This document shows, in pieces, positions 46,711 to 58,900 of a stretch of DNA of 64,000 bases (its first letter is position 1; each line of letters begins with the position of its first letter). The notes under the pieces were generated by a model that was not told where the DNA came from, did not search any database, and saw only the letters and a list, made by a program, of their open reading frames with translations. Source of the DNA: an uncultured Gammaproteobacteria bacterium (GTDB taxonomy: Bacteria > Patescibacteriota > Patescibacteriia > SG8-24); the NCBI GenBank assembly GCA_964491475.1, contig CAZBFO010000005.1, forward strand, positions 841 through 64,840, read 5' to 3'. Position numbers and translations under genes: made by a program.

Positions 46711-46815
46711 TGTGGATATGCGTGAGTAAACATTTTGTTCGGACACGCTCGCCTTAACTTCGCCTTATCCACATATCATTTCTTATATCCACAGAAGAAC
46801 AGCTCGTTACCCACA
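46711..46815. promoter_or_regulatory. DnaA-box cluster
   Basis: TGTGGATAT 46711-46719, TTATCCACA 46765-46773 (perfect), ATATCCACA 46785-46793, TTACCCACA 46807-46815. Confidence 0.5.
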
Positions 46816-48164
46816 GAACGGCCGAATGAGACCGTATTTACCCCCATTCTCTCCACAAGATAGCTGAACGGCGGGATTTTTTCCCTAAAGATGTCCAAAT
46901 TATTGAGGGTGAGCTTATTTTCTAAGCGGCCACACGGATCTTTCGCTTGGTTTTGCGCCAATCTTGGACTGTTGCGGTAGTCGGCCAGAATGGAAGGCGC
47001 AGAACCGATGAGGCTGCCGCCGTTGCCGTCGGTCCCCACAATCACCTTACCAGACTCGTTCCCCAGCGTCAGATCGCCGCCCGCCGTTGTACCGGAGCCA
47101 AATGCGTTTTTGACCAACAGTTCCGAAGTGAAATCTCCGTCCGGAAGAGTGAGGTTCTGCGAGCTGGGATTTCGGATTGCAAAATTCTGGGCGACGGCGG
47201 CCTTGGCGACGGCGGTGCTCACGCGCGGGAAATGAAGCAAGAAGGTTGGCGGCTGCTGCGCGTCGGTCGATTGGCGCAGCCAAAGCACGAACGGCGAGTT
47301 GAGCGCGGCGCGCAACGCCTCATCGCTCTTTGCGAGGGCGTCTCTCGTGACGCCGACCTCGCCGCCGTCACCGAATGCGAACAGTTTTGAAATGCCGAAG
47401 TCGGGCGCAGCTTCGGTGAGAGCCGCGTCGGCGCCGATGCGTTCAGGGTCCAAGTCGCCGGTGCCGCCGCGAACAATGCCGTCGGACATGATGACGGACA
47501 GCGGCGTGACGCGGGCGATGAAGGAACCTTCTCGGAGGGAGATGCCGACGATCGTTGTTTCCGGAGAGATGTCGCCCAGGAGGTCCGCGAACAACGGCGA
47601 ATCGATGGCACCGATTGCCGCCCGCGGATTCGTCATGATCTGCACGCTGAAGAGGGCGCGGGCGGCATTCAGCGCGCCACGACGCACCGCGTCGTCGGAG
47701 AGCGAAACGTGCGCGGCGGCGGCCACCTTCGCGGCGGTGGCAAGGGCGCTGTCGCCAAAGAAGTAATGACGTCCGTCGAGCTGCGTCGCGCCGCGCTCTT
47801 TGAGTACGGCCAACTCTTCGGCATTGGGCTTCTTCAGCGCGCTCCAGGCCAGCACGATGCCTCGCTGCGGCGCGTCGTCTCCGGGCGCGATGAAGAGCGC
47901 GAACTCGTAGGGGTGAATGCCTGCGGGCATTTCCGTCGATGACGACAGCAGCGCCTCGGTAGAGGCGTAACCGTCGGAGTGCACGTAGGTGGTGGCGCTC
48001 ATCGGCACGAAGGCCATGGTCGTGTCCTTGCTGCCCATGAGCGCATCGGTCAGCACGAATGCCACGGCGGAAAAAACGAAAACGCCCACGACGAAGAGAA
48101 GGGTGGCGAACAAGTCGCCGCCCCTCCTCCCCTCGCCTGCATTGCGTTTCATGGCGTCGTGCAT
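46776..48164 (-). CDS. Hypothetical membrane-anchored protein (462 aa)
   Basis: N-terminal TM ([21 protein letters not shown]). No recognised domain. The C-terminal codons overlap a DnaA-box cluster. Confidence 0.45.
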   Translation of the reverse strand: MHDAMKRNAGEGRRGGDLFATLLFVVGVFVFSAVAFVLTDALMGSKDTTMAFVPMSATTYVHSDGYASTEALLSSSTEMPAGIHPYEFALFIAPGDDAPQRGIVLAWSALKKPNAEELAVLKERGATQLDGRHYFFGDSALATAAKVAAAAHVSLSDDAVRRGALNAARALFSVQIMTNPRAAIGAIDSPLFADLLGDISPETTIVGISLREGSFIARVTPLSVIMSDGIVRGGTGDLDPERIGADAALTEAAPDFGISKLFAFGDGGEVGVTRDALAKSDEALRAALNSPFVLWLRQSTDAQQPPTFLLHFPRVSTAVAKAAVAQNFAIRNPSSQNLTLPDGDFTSELLVKNAFGSGTTAGGDLTLGNESGKVIVGTDGNGGSLIGSAPSILADYRNSPRLAQNQAKDPCGRLENKLTLNNLDIFREKIPPFSYLVERMGVNTVSFGRSVGNELFFCGYKK

Positions 48165-48173
48165 CGTGCTTCG

Positions 48174-50381
48174 TTACTTCTTGAATCCGCCGTTATTCGG
48201 CGCTCCGGAGGAAGGCGGCGGTACCTGCGGCAAGCCGAGATCCTGCATGGCCCGCTTGTGCGAGAGGTTGACGCGGCCGAGCTCGTCGATTTCGGTGACC
48301 TTCACCGGAATCACGTCGCCGATCTTGACGATGTCGGTGACCTTGCCCACGCGCCACGGAGCGAGCTCCGAGATGTGGACCAGGCCGTCCTTGCCCGGGA
48401 CGAGTTCGACGAACGCGCCGAAGTCCATGATGCGGACGACCTTGCCTTCCTTGAACAGTTCGCCGGCAGTGACCTCGCGGGTGAGGTCTTTGACCCAGTT
48501 GAGGGCCTTCTCGAGCATCGCCTTGTTGGCGGAGCAGATGGTGATGGTGCCGTCGTTCTCCACGTCCATGGTGACGCCGGTCTTCTCGATGATCTCGTTG
48601 ATGACTTTGCCGCCGGGGCCGATGACGTTGCGGATGAGTTCGGGGTTGATCTTGAGGGTCTCGATGCGCGGGGCGTAGGGCGACAGCTCGGGGCGCGGCG
48701 CAGCGATGCACTTTTCCATCACGTCGAGAATCTGCAGGCGCGCGGCGCGGGCCTGATTCAGCGTCTCCTCGACGATCTTGGGGGTCAGTCCCTTGGTCTT
48801 GGTGTCGAGCTGGATGGTGGTGATGCCGTTGCGGGTGCCGCCGACCTTGAAGTCCATGCCGCCGTCGCCGTCCTCCAAGTCCTGGAGGTCGGTGAGAATC
48901 TTGTAGGCGCCGGTGGACTCATCGGAAGCGAGACCCATGGCGATGCCGGCGACCGGGTGCTTGATCGGCACGCCCGCGTCCATGAGAGCGAGCGTCGAGC
49001 CGCAGATGGAACCTTGCGAGCTGGAGCCGTTGGAAGAGAGCACCTCGGAAACGACGCGGATGGTGTAGGGGAACTCCTCCTTGGAGGGAAGCACGGGCAT
49101 GAGCGCGCGCTCGGCCAAACCGCCGTGACCGATTTCGCGGCGACCTGCGCCGCCGATGCGGCCGGTCTCACCGACGGAGTACGGAGGGAAGTTGTAGTGA
49201 TGCATGTAGCGCTTCTTGCCGACTTCTTCCATGCCGTCGAGAATCTGCGCGTCGCCAGGGGCGCCGAGCGTGGCGATGGAAAGAACTTGCGTGTCGCCGC
49301 GGGAGAACAGGCCGGTGCCGTGCACGCGGGGGAGCAAGGCGACGTCCGCAGTAAGCGTACGGATTTCGGTGAGCGAGCGGCCGCCGACACGTTGGCCCTT
49401 CTCGAGAATGGCGCGGGTAATGGCAGCTTCGACGATGTCGTCGAATTGGTGCGAGGCGTGCTTACGCAGGTCTTCCTCGACGCCGGCGCTCTCAAGGTGC
49501 GCCTCGAGCTCGCGGCGCAGGGCGGAGAGCGAGTTGCGGCGCTCGGTCTTGTTGACGTTGGCGCCGGCGAACAGCACTTCGGGGAAGCGCGTGTCCAAGA
49601 ACGCCTTGGCCTTGGCCGTGACTTCCTCCTTAGCTTTCAGGATTGCCTCGTCACCTTCGGCCTTGACCATCAGATCGCGAGCAGGGATCTTCTTGCGGCC
49701 GATTGCGGCCACCACCTGGTTGATGAGGTCGATGACTTCCTTGCAGTGCTTCTGGCCGAACATGATGGCCTCGTACATGTCTTTCTCGGTAGCTTCGTTG
49801 GAGTTGGCCTCGATCATGATGGCCTTCTCGGTCGTGCCGGCCACGACCACGTCGATGTCGCCCTTGGCGCGAGCCTCAAACGAAGGGTTGATGACCCACT
49901 CGCCTCCGACGCGACCGACGCGAATGCCGCCGATGGGCCCTTCCCAAGGGATGTCGCTGATTGCCAGCGCCGCCGATGCGCCGACGAGCGCAGGAATGTC
50001 GGTGTCGTTCTCGAGGTCGGCAGCCAGGCACTCCACAACGACCTGCACGTCATGGCGCACGCCGTAGGGGAACATGGGGCGGATGCTGCGGTCGATCATG
50101 CGGCCGGTCATCACGGCCTCGTCGGTGGGGCGGCCTTCGCGCTTGATGAAGCGCGAGCTCTTGATTTTGCCGGCCGCGTACAGCTTTTCTTCGTACTCCA
50201 CGGAAAGCGGGAAGAAGTCGACGTTGTCGCGCGCCTTGGAAGCGAGCGTGGCGGTCGCCAAAATCACGGTGTCGCCGTAGCGGACCGTACATGAGGCGTT
50301 GGCCTGCAAGGCCATGCGTCCCGTTTCGATGGTGAGGGTCTTGCCGCCCCACTCGGCCGAGAAGCTTTTCACTTCTGCCAT
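48174..50381 (-). CDS. pnp: Polyribonucleotide nucleotidyltransferase (PNPase)
   Basis: Two RNase PH domains, KH and S1 domains (..[22 protein letters not shown]). Confidence 0.9.
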   Translation of the reverse strand: MAEVKSFSAEWGGKTLTIETGRMALQANASCTVRYGDTVILATATLASKARDNVDFFPLSVEYEEKLYAAGKIKSSRFIKREGRPTDEAVMTGRMIDRSIRPMFPYGVRHDVQVVVECLAADLENDTDIPALVGASAALAISDIPWEGPIGGIRVGRVGGEWVINPSFEARAKGDIDVVVAGTTEKAIMIEANSNEATEKDMYEAIMFGQKHCKEVIDLINQVVAAIGRKKIPARDLMVKAEGDEAILKAKEEVTAKAKAFLDTRFPEVLFAGANVNKTERRNSLSALRRELEAHLESAGVEEDLRKHASHQFDDIVEAAITRAILEKGQRVGGRSLTEIRTLTADVALLPRVHGTGLFSRGDTQVLSIATLGAPGDAQILDGMEEVGKKRYMHHYNFPPYSVGETGRIGGAGRREIGHGGLAERALMPVLPSKEEFPYTIRVVSEVLSSNGSSSQGSICGSTLALMDAGVPIKHPVAGIAMGLASDESTGAYKILTDLQDLEDGDGGMDFKVGGTRNGITTIQLDTKTKGLTPKIVEETLNQARAARLQILDVMEKCIAAPRPELSPYAPRIETLKINPELIRNVIGPGGKVINEIIEKTGVTMDVENDGTITICSANKAMLEKALNWVKDLTREVTAGELFKEGKVVRIMDFGAFVELVPGKDGLVHISELAPWRVGKVTDIVKIGDVIPVKVTEIDELGRVNLSHKRAMQDLGLPQVPPPSSGAPNNGGFKK

Positions 50382-50439
50382 ATGGATGTTTGCGCCGGCA
50401 TCTCGAGTCGTCCGAAAGCTTTAGACCATCGCAGGCTTG

Positions 50440-50620
50440 CGCTGCAGGTCTACGTGTCTTCGGGCGAGGTGGAGCCCCGGCGTGGTTAAAGTGCGTTTCC
50501 TAAAATGCGGATCGGCTCGTGGCCGAAAACCGCTCCGCAAGAGGCCGCTCGAGATGGCCGTCTTGCGAGTCGGTTTCCGGCCGCGCGGTCGGAAAGGCGC
50601 TTTCGCGCCGGAAACGCTAG
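50440..50620. repeat. Possible degenerate copy (D) of the GC-rich structured repeat family
   Basis: Imperfect inverted repeat ggccgaaaaccgctccgcaagaggcc / ggccgtcttgcgagtcggtttccggcc and an atgcggatcggctcgtggccga core. Confidence 0.3.
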
Positions 50621-51303
50621 TCGAGGCTAAGGTCGTTGTTGGCCGAGTCCGGCTTTTCTTCCTTCTTGTTCGGCTGCTGCCCGCGGCGCTGCGCGTTCCT
50701 GCGCGGCTGGCGCTGCTGGACCGGCCTGCCGTTCGGCCGTTGCGCCGTGGCAACCGTTCGCCCGCCAGTCGTACGAACCGTCGGATTCTTGGAAGCGCCG
50801 TCCTGCGGAGGCTTGATCAGGTAGCGCTCCAAGTCCTTGGACAGGTCGGTGAAGTCGTCGACGGCGTCCTTGAGCTTGGTGGCGGTGGTGTTGCCGAAGG
50901 CACAGACCTCCACTTGGCGTCCATGGTGTTTGAGATATTCCACCAACTCCACGAAGTCACCGTCACCGGTCACCAGGATGACCACGTCCAGAATCTCACC
51001 GATACGAATGGCGTCAACGGCGATGCCGACGTCCCAGTCGGCCTTCTTGGCGCCGGAGTCGAAAATTTGCAGAGGGCGCTTTTTGGTTTCGAGGCCGCGC
51101 TGGAACAAGGCGTCGAAGAAAGGCGTCTCTTCGCCCGTGGCCTCGACCACATAGGCGATGGCGCGGATGAGCTGGCGCCCCGCAACGGCAGTTTCCAGAA
51201 TGGCGCCGAAATCGACCTTGGAGTTGTAAAGATTCTTTGCCGAGTAATACATGTTTTGCACGTCGATGAAAACGCCGACGCGCTGGTCTTTGTGCTTGAT
51301 CAT
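50617..51303 (-). CDS. NYN-domain (LabA-like/DUF88) protein with basic low-complexity C-terminal tail
   Basis: VGVFIDVQNMYYSAKN....VILVTGDGDFVELVEYLKHHGRQVEV matches the NYN/LabA fold. Confidence 0.7.
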   Translation of the reverse strand: MIKHKDQRVGVFIDVQNMYYSAKNLYNSKVDFGAILETAVAGRQLIRAIAYVVEATGEETPFFDALFQRGLETKKRPLQIFDSGAKKADWDVGIAVDAIRIGEILDVVILVTGDGDFVELVEYLKHHGRQVEVCAFGNTTATKLKDAVDDFTDLSKDLERYLIKPPQDGASKNPTVRTTGGRTVATAQRPNGRPVQQRQPRRNAQRRGQQPNKKEEKPDSANNDLSLD

Positions 51304-51384
51304 AAAAGGGGCCTAGTTTGCGAGCCGAAGCGGCTCATAAAAAACGCGAGAACGCCGGCACGAGGCCGGCGTTCATCGGTGTCG

Positions 51385-51651
51385 TTATGCTGAAATTTTG
51401 AGGGCCTCCGACAATTCGGCGTATCCCTTGGCATCCTCGCGCTTCAGGTACTTGAGCAAGCGGCGGCGCTCGCTGACCTTGCGCATAAGACCTTTCCTAG
51501 AGGAAAAGTCCTTCTTGTGCGAGAGAAGGTGGCCAGTGAGGTCCTTGATCTCCGCCGTGAGGATGGCGATCTGGACCTGGGGGGAGCCGGTGTCCTTGTC
51601 GTGAGTCTTGTACTTCTCAATGATCTTCTCCTTTTGGCGCTTGTCCAACAT
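51385..51651 (-). CDS. rpsO: 30S ribosomal protein S15
   Basis: MLDKRQKEKIIEKYKTHDKDTGSPQVQIAILTAEIKDLTGHL.. is a typical S15. Confidence 0.9.
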   Translation of the reverse strand: MLDKRQKEKIIEKYKTHDKDTGSPQVQIAILTAEIKDLTGHLLSHKKDFSSRKGLMRKVSERRRLLKYLKREDAKGYAELSEALKISA

Positions 51652-51837
51652 ATTCGGTGCCTCCGGCGATTGCCGTGGCTGTTCGCGAGCATCCTAGCCG
51701 AAGCCGGGACGTCGTATGAGTTACCTGCCGATACTAGCAGCAGGCTTTGGCTTTGTAAAGGGGTATTTTGAGCCAAAAAGAAAAGGGATTGCGCTGGGCA
51801 ATCCCCCGAGAAAGGGCCTTTTTTCGGCCCGCTCTCT

Positions 51838-52626
51838 TTACGAGGCGTAGCCGCCGACGGCTTCGGAGACCATTCGAGGTCCGGAGAGGGGCGCGGACCC
51901 CTCGTCAACCGTCCCCGAGGGGACGATTTCGTCAGAGCGAGGCGGTGATTCCGACTCGAGCTCCGTCAAAAGGTCCTCCGAGGCAAGCTCGGTCTTGAGG
52001 GCGCCTCCGAACCCGAACTTTCTGGCCTCCTCCGCGCCACCGAAGAATCGCTCGATTGCGGCTTGGTCACGCGCGGTCATGACGGGTTGCATGGTCGGTA
52101 TCCGCGCCTCCTCGTCCTCGTAGATGTCGCACTCCTCGACCTCCATCGGTTCGTCGCCGTCGTCGAGGAACTGATCCACGGGGATTGCCCCCGTGAACTG
52201 GACACACCCCTTTGGCAGGCTCACGAACGGGTCGTTCACGAGCACGACAGCGGCGGTGACGTCGTTGCTGACGGGCGGGGCGGTGAGCGAGGGGGCCGGC
52301 GGAGCCGGCATCCGAATAACCGCGATGATGTTGTCGCACATCATCTTGAAGGCCCGGTTCCTCTCCCCGGAACCTGCGGTCTCGGGGGGAGGATTCAGGC
52401 AGATCCTGCGAGCCTCGGCGAGGTGCCCGGTGATGAGCAGCTGCCGAAGCTCGGCAGCAGTCGAACCGATGGCGTTCGGACGGAGACCGAACGCCCGAAG
52501 GATGTTCCAAATCTCCTTGATGTCCGTCGCGACGTTCCGTGCGCGGGCCTGCTCCTTGGTCTTAGCCAGGATTTGGCTGGCAAGAGAAAGGAGATTATAG
52601 ACCCCATTGGTCGACGATTGATGCAT
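51838..52626 (-). CDS. Hypothetical protein (262 aa), acidic C-terminal half
   Basis: Long ORF with plausible composition; no recognised family. Confidence 0.35.
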   Translation of the reverse strand: MHQSSTNGVYNLLSLASQILAKTKEQARARNVATDIKEIWNILRAFGLRPNAIGSTAAELRQLLITGHLAEARRICLNPPPETAGSGERNRAFKMMCDNIIAVIRMPAPPAPSLTAPPVSNDVTAAVVLVNDPFVSLPKGCVQFTGAIPVDQFLDDGDEPMEVEECDIYEDEEARIPTMQPVMTARDQAAIERFFGGAEEARKFGFGGALKTELASEDLLTELESESPPRSDEIVPSGTVDEGSAPLSGPRMVSEAVGGYAS

Positions 52627-52741
52627 TTTGAACCTCTGTGGTTGGTGTTATGGAACAGAATGTCTTTCAACCCAGCAGGGTCGAAAGAACCGATAATTAT
52701 TAGCAGAAACAAGCCATTTTGTCAACGGTGGAAGGTGTACA

Positions 52742-52868
52742 TGTGGATAGAATTTATATTGTGGATAATTCTGTGCACAAAAAGTATGCATAGTGGAAAA
52801 CTTATCCACCTTCTTTGATCAAATAGACGCAAGAACTATGTTGAAGTGAACACTTTATTTGTCCACAG
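52742..52868. promoter_or_regulatory. DnaA-box cluster in AT-rich region upstream of the 2623-aa giant gene
   Basis: TGTGGATAG 52742-52750, TGTGGATAA 52760-52768 (perfect), TTATCCACC 52802-52810, TTGTCCACA 52860-52868. It also contains GTGTACATGTG, which is shared with 16081-16091. Confidence 0.5.
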
Positions 52869-52984
52869 CAAGACTTTTCATATTTTTATCTAATTTTAGC
52901 CAAAAAAAAGACCATTTACCCTTGAAAAAAGTCGATTTTTTTGATATACTACTGTTGATTAGTAATTCAAATCAGTAAAAGCCT

Positions 52985-55900
52985 GTGTCCAAGATTTCCA
53001 AGGTCACGTTGCTCCAAAAAGCAACGGGAACGAGGAATGGACGTCAGGGTCTTTTCGGTTTCGCTTGGAGTTCTTTGCTGCTTGCAAGCCTCATTTCTGG
53101 ACTTTTTGCCAAATCCGTTGCCGCATCAGGCCCTTCAGCTAATCGCATCCTCAACTATCAAATCAGCCTGACGGACACTGCGAACTTTCCGGTGGCCGAT
53201 GGGGACAAGAGCATTTACCTGACGATTTACGACGCCAGCACGGGCGGTACCCAGCTGTTTACGGCTTGTTCCGTCGGTGCCAGTCCGACCGCCACGCCCG
53301 AGGCCATAACCGCCACATTCGTCGGAGGAAAAACGACCATTTTGATCGGCGATACGGCCACCTTGGTCTGCGCCGCAGGATCGCCTGTGCCGATTCCGGA
53401 TGACTTATTCAATAATACGTCGTTGTGGCTCGGCGTCACTGCCGAGTCCGACGCCGAAATGACCCCTCGCAAGCACCTCGTTTCGACGGGTTATTCGATG
53501 AACGCCGACAGGCTCGATGACCTCGATACCTCAAATGCCGGCGGGTCGAACGCTTTTGTGCCCGTGACCGACGCTTCGGGAAACTTCACGCTCACCAAGG
53601 ACGTGGACTTTGCCAGCGGGACGTTCGTGGTGGATTCAACGGGCTCCAACGTCGGAATCGGGACTGCCAGCCCTTCCGCACTCCTGTCCGTCGGCACGGG
53701 TTCGGCATTCCAGGTGGACGGCGCAGGCAACGTCAGCCTGAACGGCGGAGGGACGCTGATGCTCGGTTCGCAGACCTCTGACCCCACCGGCGCGAACGGC
53801 ATGACGTACTACAACAGCACTTCGGACGTTTTCCGCTGCTTTAGGAACAGCGCGTGGGGGGATTGCGACTCTTCGCGGCTTGATCAGCTTTCGGGCGCAA
53901 CTTCCGCGCACGGTCTTGACAGCGGTGACTTCGCGCAAACTTGGACATGGTCGCTCACGAGCGCGAACAACGCGGGCTTGACGCTCGGCGAAAGCAGCCC
54001 ATCGACGGCATCGGGCGCTCCTTCTGTCCTGACCGTCTCGACGCAATCCGGTTCGACGGCCTCGCCCGTTTACATCAAGAATCTCGGTGACGGTCCGAGT
54101 TTCCGCGTTGATGATGAAGGCGCAGACGCTACGCCCTTCTACATCAGCGCTGACGGCAACGTCGCGGTGGGCGCAGAGTCATTCGATATCGTCAATCCTG
54201 AAAAATTCAAGGTAGAAGGCGGCACCAACGGCACCATCAACATCATCAGCGGCTATGGCGACCGCGACGGCTATCTGCAGCTCAACATCCACAACCGCAA
54301 TGCTGGCGAGAATGCCTCGTCCGATTTGGTCGCCACTGCCGACGATGGCAACGAGAACGTGAATTACATCGACGTGGGCATCGACTCGTCGGGATACAAC
54401 AACGCCGACTACACCATAGTCGGGCCGCATGACGGTTACATGTACACGAACGGCGGCAACCTCGCCATCGGCACGCAAACGGCAGGAATGTCGATTAAAT
54501 TCCACACCGGAGACACGCTGGTCGGAAACGAGCGCATGCGGATCGACGGTGACGGCAACGTGGGCATCGGCACCACCTCCCCGGGTTCGAAACTCGACGT
54601 GAAGGGAGAGTTCCGACTTTCCGGCGCAACTTCCGGCTACGTCGGATTCGCGGCCGCTTCGGCGGCTGGTTCGACTACTTATACGTTGCCCAGCGCCGAC
54701 GGGAGCGCGGGATACGCGCTGATCACTAACGGATTAGGCACCCTTTCTTGGGCCGACGCCGCCACCAAATGGAACAGGACCGGAACGACGCTATCGCCGG
54801 TCAATGTCGGCGACGACATCACCACTTCTGGCAACATTTATACTACCGGTGGAGGCACCATTACTTCTGATGGCCTGTTCAGCGGCGCACTCGGTTTGGC
54901 CGTGGTCGGTGGCACCGTGAACGTCAACGCCAGCAGCAACTTCGACACCAACATTAATACCGGCAGCTCCACTGGCTCGGTGAACATCGGCAACGTCTCG
55001 TCAGGTGCCGTGACCATCACCTCCGGCGCGGGCATCACGCTGGCCGCAGGTGCCGCTTCGAACATTTCCAGCACCGCCGGCGATATCGTCTTCCAGCCCG
55101 CTGGCACGTCCACGAGCGCGGCAGTGCAGATCGGCGTCGGGGGTGCCGGTTCGACTACTCCCGACGTGCTCGCGCTCGACGTGAAATCCGATGCCGGCGA
55201 TCCTGCGGGCATGAATGGCGCGATGTATTACAACGACAGTGCGGCGAAGTTCCGCTGCTACGTCAACGGTTCGTGGTCCGATTGCGATACGACCGGCGGA
55301 ACGACGACGCTTCAGACCGCGTACAACGGCGGCGCCGCCATCACCACCAGCGGCTCCACGGACATCGCCTTCACGCTGACCTCGGGCAACTTCACGGCCG
55401 GCGGCGCGGGCGCCGTCAGTCTCACCCCGACCTCCGCCTCAAGCTTCACTTCCGGCGGCGCCCTCACGCTGACCGGCGGCGCGGCCTCGACCTGGGGCAC
55501 CTCGAGCGGAAACCTGACTCTCCAAGCTGCCGGTGCAGGTACGACAGCCGCAGTGCAAATCGGTGCGGGCGGATCGGGATCGACGACTCCAGACCTTTTC
55601 GGTGTTGACGTTAAGTCCACCTCGGGAGACCCGTCCGGCTTCAACGGAGCCATGTACTACAATGCCAATGCCAACGATTTTCGCTGCTATGTGAATGGCG
55701 GCTGGCAGAGCTGCGGTGCGACTGCTGCTTCGGCCACCACGTTGCAGCAGGCATACAACAGCGCCGCCGCCATCACCACCAGCGGCTCCACGGACATCGC
55801 CTTCACGCTGACCTCGGGCAACTTCACGGCAAGCGGGGCCGGCGCCGTCAGTCTCACCCCGACCTCCGCCTCCAGCTTCACCTCGGGCGGCGCGCTCACG

Positions 55901-58900
55901 TTCACCGGCGGCGCCTCCAGCACCTGGTCCACCTCCTCCGGCGCGCTGACCGTGGACTCCGCCGCCGCGCTCAACCTCGGCACCTCGAACGCCACCTCGG
56001 TGTCGCTGGGCAGGACCGGCGTGACCACCACCAACAACGGCGCGCTCACCTCAACGCAGACGCTGACTGCATCGAACGGCCTTACGCTCACGACTGGCGC
56101 GCTGAACCTCACGGCCACCAGCGGCACGCTCGCGATTTCGGGCCTCGGCGCGAGTTCCGTCAGCACCGGCTCCAACAGCCTTTCGCTCGTCGGCAGTCCC
56201 GTGAACGTCAACGCGTCCGGTTCCGGAACCGTCAATCTCGGAAGCGCGACCGCGGCGGTGAACCTTCCGGGCCTCACGGCCTCAAAGGTGGTCTTCACCG
56301 ACTCGTCCAAGAACCTGACCTCGTCTGGCACGGTCGGCATTGCGCAAGGCGGCACCGGACAGACCACCCAAACCGCCGGCTTCAATGCTTTGTCACCGCT
56401 GACGACGAAGGGCGACATCGTCGCATTCGACGGAACGGACAACGTGCGCATGCCCGTCGGCGGAACCAACGGCTTCGTACTGACGGTCGATTCGACGCAG
56501 GCAAACGGCATCAAGTGGTCCGCGCTGCCCAGTACCAGCCTGCAGAGCGCCTATAATGGCGGTGCCACCATCACCACCTCGGGGGCCACCAACATCGCCT
56601 TCACGCTGACCTCGGGCAACTTCACGGCAAGCGGGGCCGGCGCAGTCAATCTCACCCCGACCTCCGCCTCCAGCTTCACCTCGGGCGGCGCCCTCACGCT
56701 GACCGGCGGCGCCTCCAGCACCTGGTCCACCTCCTCCGGCGCGCTGACCGTGGACTCCGCCGCCGCGCTCAACCTCGGCACCTCGAACGCCACCTCGGTG
56801 TCGCTGGGCAGGACCGGCGTGACCACCACCAACAACGGCGGGTTGACCGTCACGCAGGCCACCACATTAAATGGGGGGCTGGCGGTGAACACCAGCGGGA
56901 GCGTTACCACCGATCAGGCCTCGTTTGATCTCATTAACGCCACGGCCACAACGCTTAACTTCGGCGGCGCGGCCACAGGCCTGACCATCGGCGCGACTAC
57001 GGGCACCGCGACCATCAGAAACGCCACGGTTACCCTCTCTAATGCCACGACCCTCAACATGAACGGGGCGAGCCCGAGCATCGTGACGTCGAGCAGCGGC
57101 ACCGCCAGCGTCTTCAACACCAACGCCGCCGTGCTCAACATGGGCGGTGCCGCCACCTCCGTGAGCATCGGCGCCTCGACCGGCACCATGACGCTGGCCA
57201 ACGGCACGATCAACCTTTCGAATGGCGTCCTCCAGACCGGCGGCACTCAGCGCCTCTCCAACGCCGGCGCGCTGTCGAACATCACCGGCATCAGCTCCTC
57301 CGGCACCATCACTTTCTCCGGCCTGACCGCCAGCCGCTTCGTGACCACCAACGGCTCCTCTGACCTGGCCACCTCGCAGAACTCCGCCGCGCTGTCCGCC
57401 ACCCTCACCGACGAGACCGGCTCCGGGGTCGCCGTCTTCGGCACCAGCCCGGCAATCACCACCTCGCTCACCACCGGCTCCGCCAGCTTCGACCTGCTGA
57501 ATACGACTGCGACTACGGTCAACTTTGCCGGTGCGGCGACCACCCTGAACGTCGGTATCGCCGGCGCCTCGGGCACGCTCGCGCTCATGGGCGGCAGCGG
57601 CAGCACCGGCTGCACCGTGGACGGCTCCACGGGCAACCTGACCTGTTCGGGCAATGTCGCCACTACCGCCACTTCCGGTACGCAAGGCTGGTGGAGCCGC
57701 TCCGGCACGACGATTCAGTCAGTCACCTCCGGAGACTCCCTCACCGTTTCCGGCTCCGGTGCATTCACGACCGGCACCGGTACCACCACCGTTAACGGCA
57801 CTTCAGTCGTCCTTGCCGGCAACTCCACGGTCATCGACATGACCGGAACGGGAACGCTTAGCCTCAACACGACGACGAACCGCGCCATCAGCACGGGCTC
57901 CGGATTGTTCACCGCGGGCGGCGCGCTCACCGCCACGGGACTCGTCACCGCAAACGGCGGCGTGACTCTCGCGGCAAACCAGAATTTCACGATGACTTCG
58001 GGTGCAGGTACTTCCACCCAGACTTTCACCGGCAGCTCGACCACCGCTGACACCATCGCCGCAGGTTCGCTGACTTCCGGCACCGCACTTGCGCTCACCG
58101 GCGGCTCGGCGATGACCACCGGCTCGCTGCTTACCGCCACCTCCGCCACTTACGTGCACACGGCTGCGGAAACGGGAAAAGTCATGAGCATCTCGTTAAC
58201 GGACGCCTCGACCAACTCCACCGGCGTGGCGTCCGTGACCACGGGATTGGATCTCGCCACGGCTTTCAACACTTCTGCCAGCGTCGGCTCGAAAACGATC
58301 AATGCCATGAACATTCCGGCGCTCTCCACCACCACCTGCGGCACCACCGGCGGCACCTGCGTGTGGAACGGCGTCCAGATGGCGACCCCCACGCTCTCGC
58401 AGACCACCACCAACGCCTATACCTTCAACGGCCTGAACCTGTCTTCGGCCGGCGCGCTGACGCAAAGCAGCACTGCGGGAACGATCAACTGGAACGGCGC
58501 GGCCATCGTCATGCCGAATATCACGCAGACGACGGGCACGATCACCTCTAACGGGCTGACGGTCACGATGGGAACGAGCACGACCGGAGGCACGCAGAAC
58601 GGCCTGCTCATCAAGGATTCCAGCAGCATCGCGACTGCCGCGCACGACTCGGCCATTCTCGTACAAGACAGCAGCGGCAACTCGCTGTTCGACGTAAGGG
58701 AGATGACCAGCGCCAACAACAACTTCGGCGCGACTGCCACGACGGGGGCGTTCATCGATCGCAACTCGACCTACCGCGAAGAGTTCAACAGTTTCCACGG
58801 GACGAATACGACGGCGACGACGGCGCAGATTCGCGGCGACGGCGGCGGCGCCGGCAGCGGCGAACTTAGCTTGAGCGTCGTTACCGTCGGTGCCGGCGGT

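Noticed and set aside
47979-50294. 771-aa plus-strand ORF antisense to pnp (and 49216..50067)
   Set aside because: Compositionally aberrant (Gly/Asp/Ala/His-rich) and fully overlapped by an unmistakable PNPase on the other strand.
55365-56840. Diversity-generating retroelement (TR/VR) explanation for the near-identical intragenic repeats
   Set aside because: Mismatches between copies are not adenine-specific (c/a, g/a, g/c, t/c, t/g). No reverse transcriptase nearby. Both copies are in-frame parts of the same gene.
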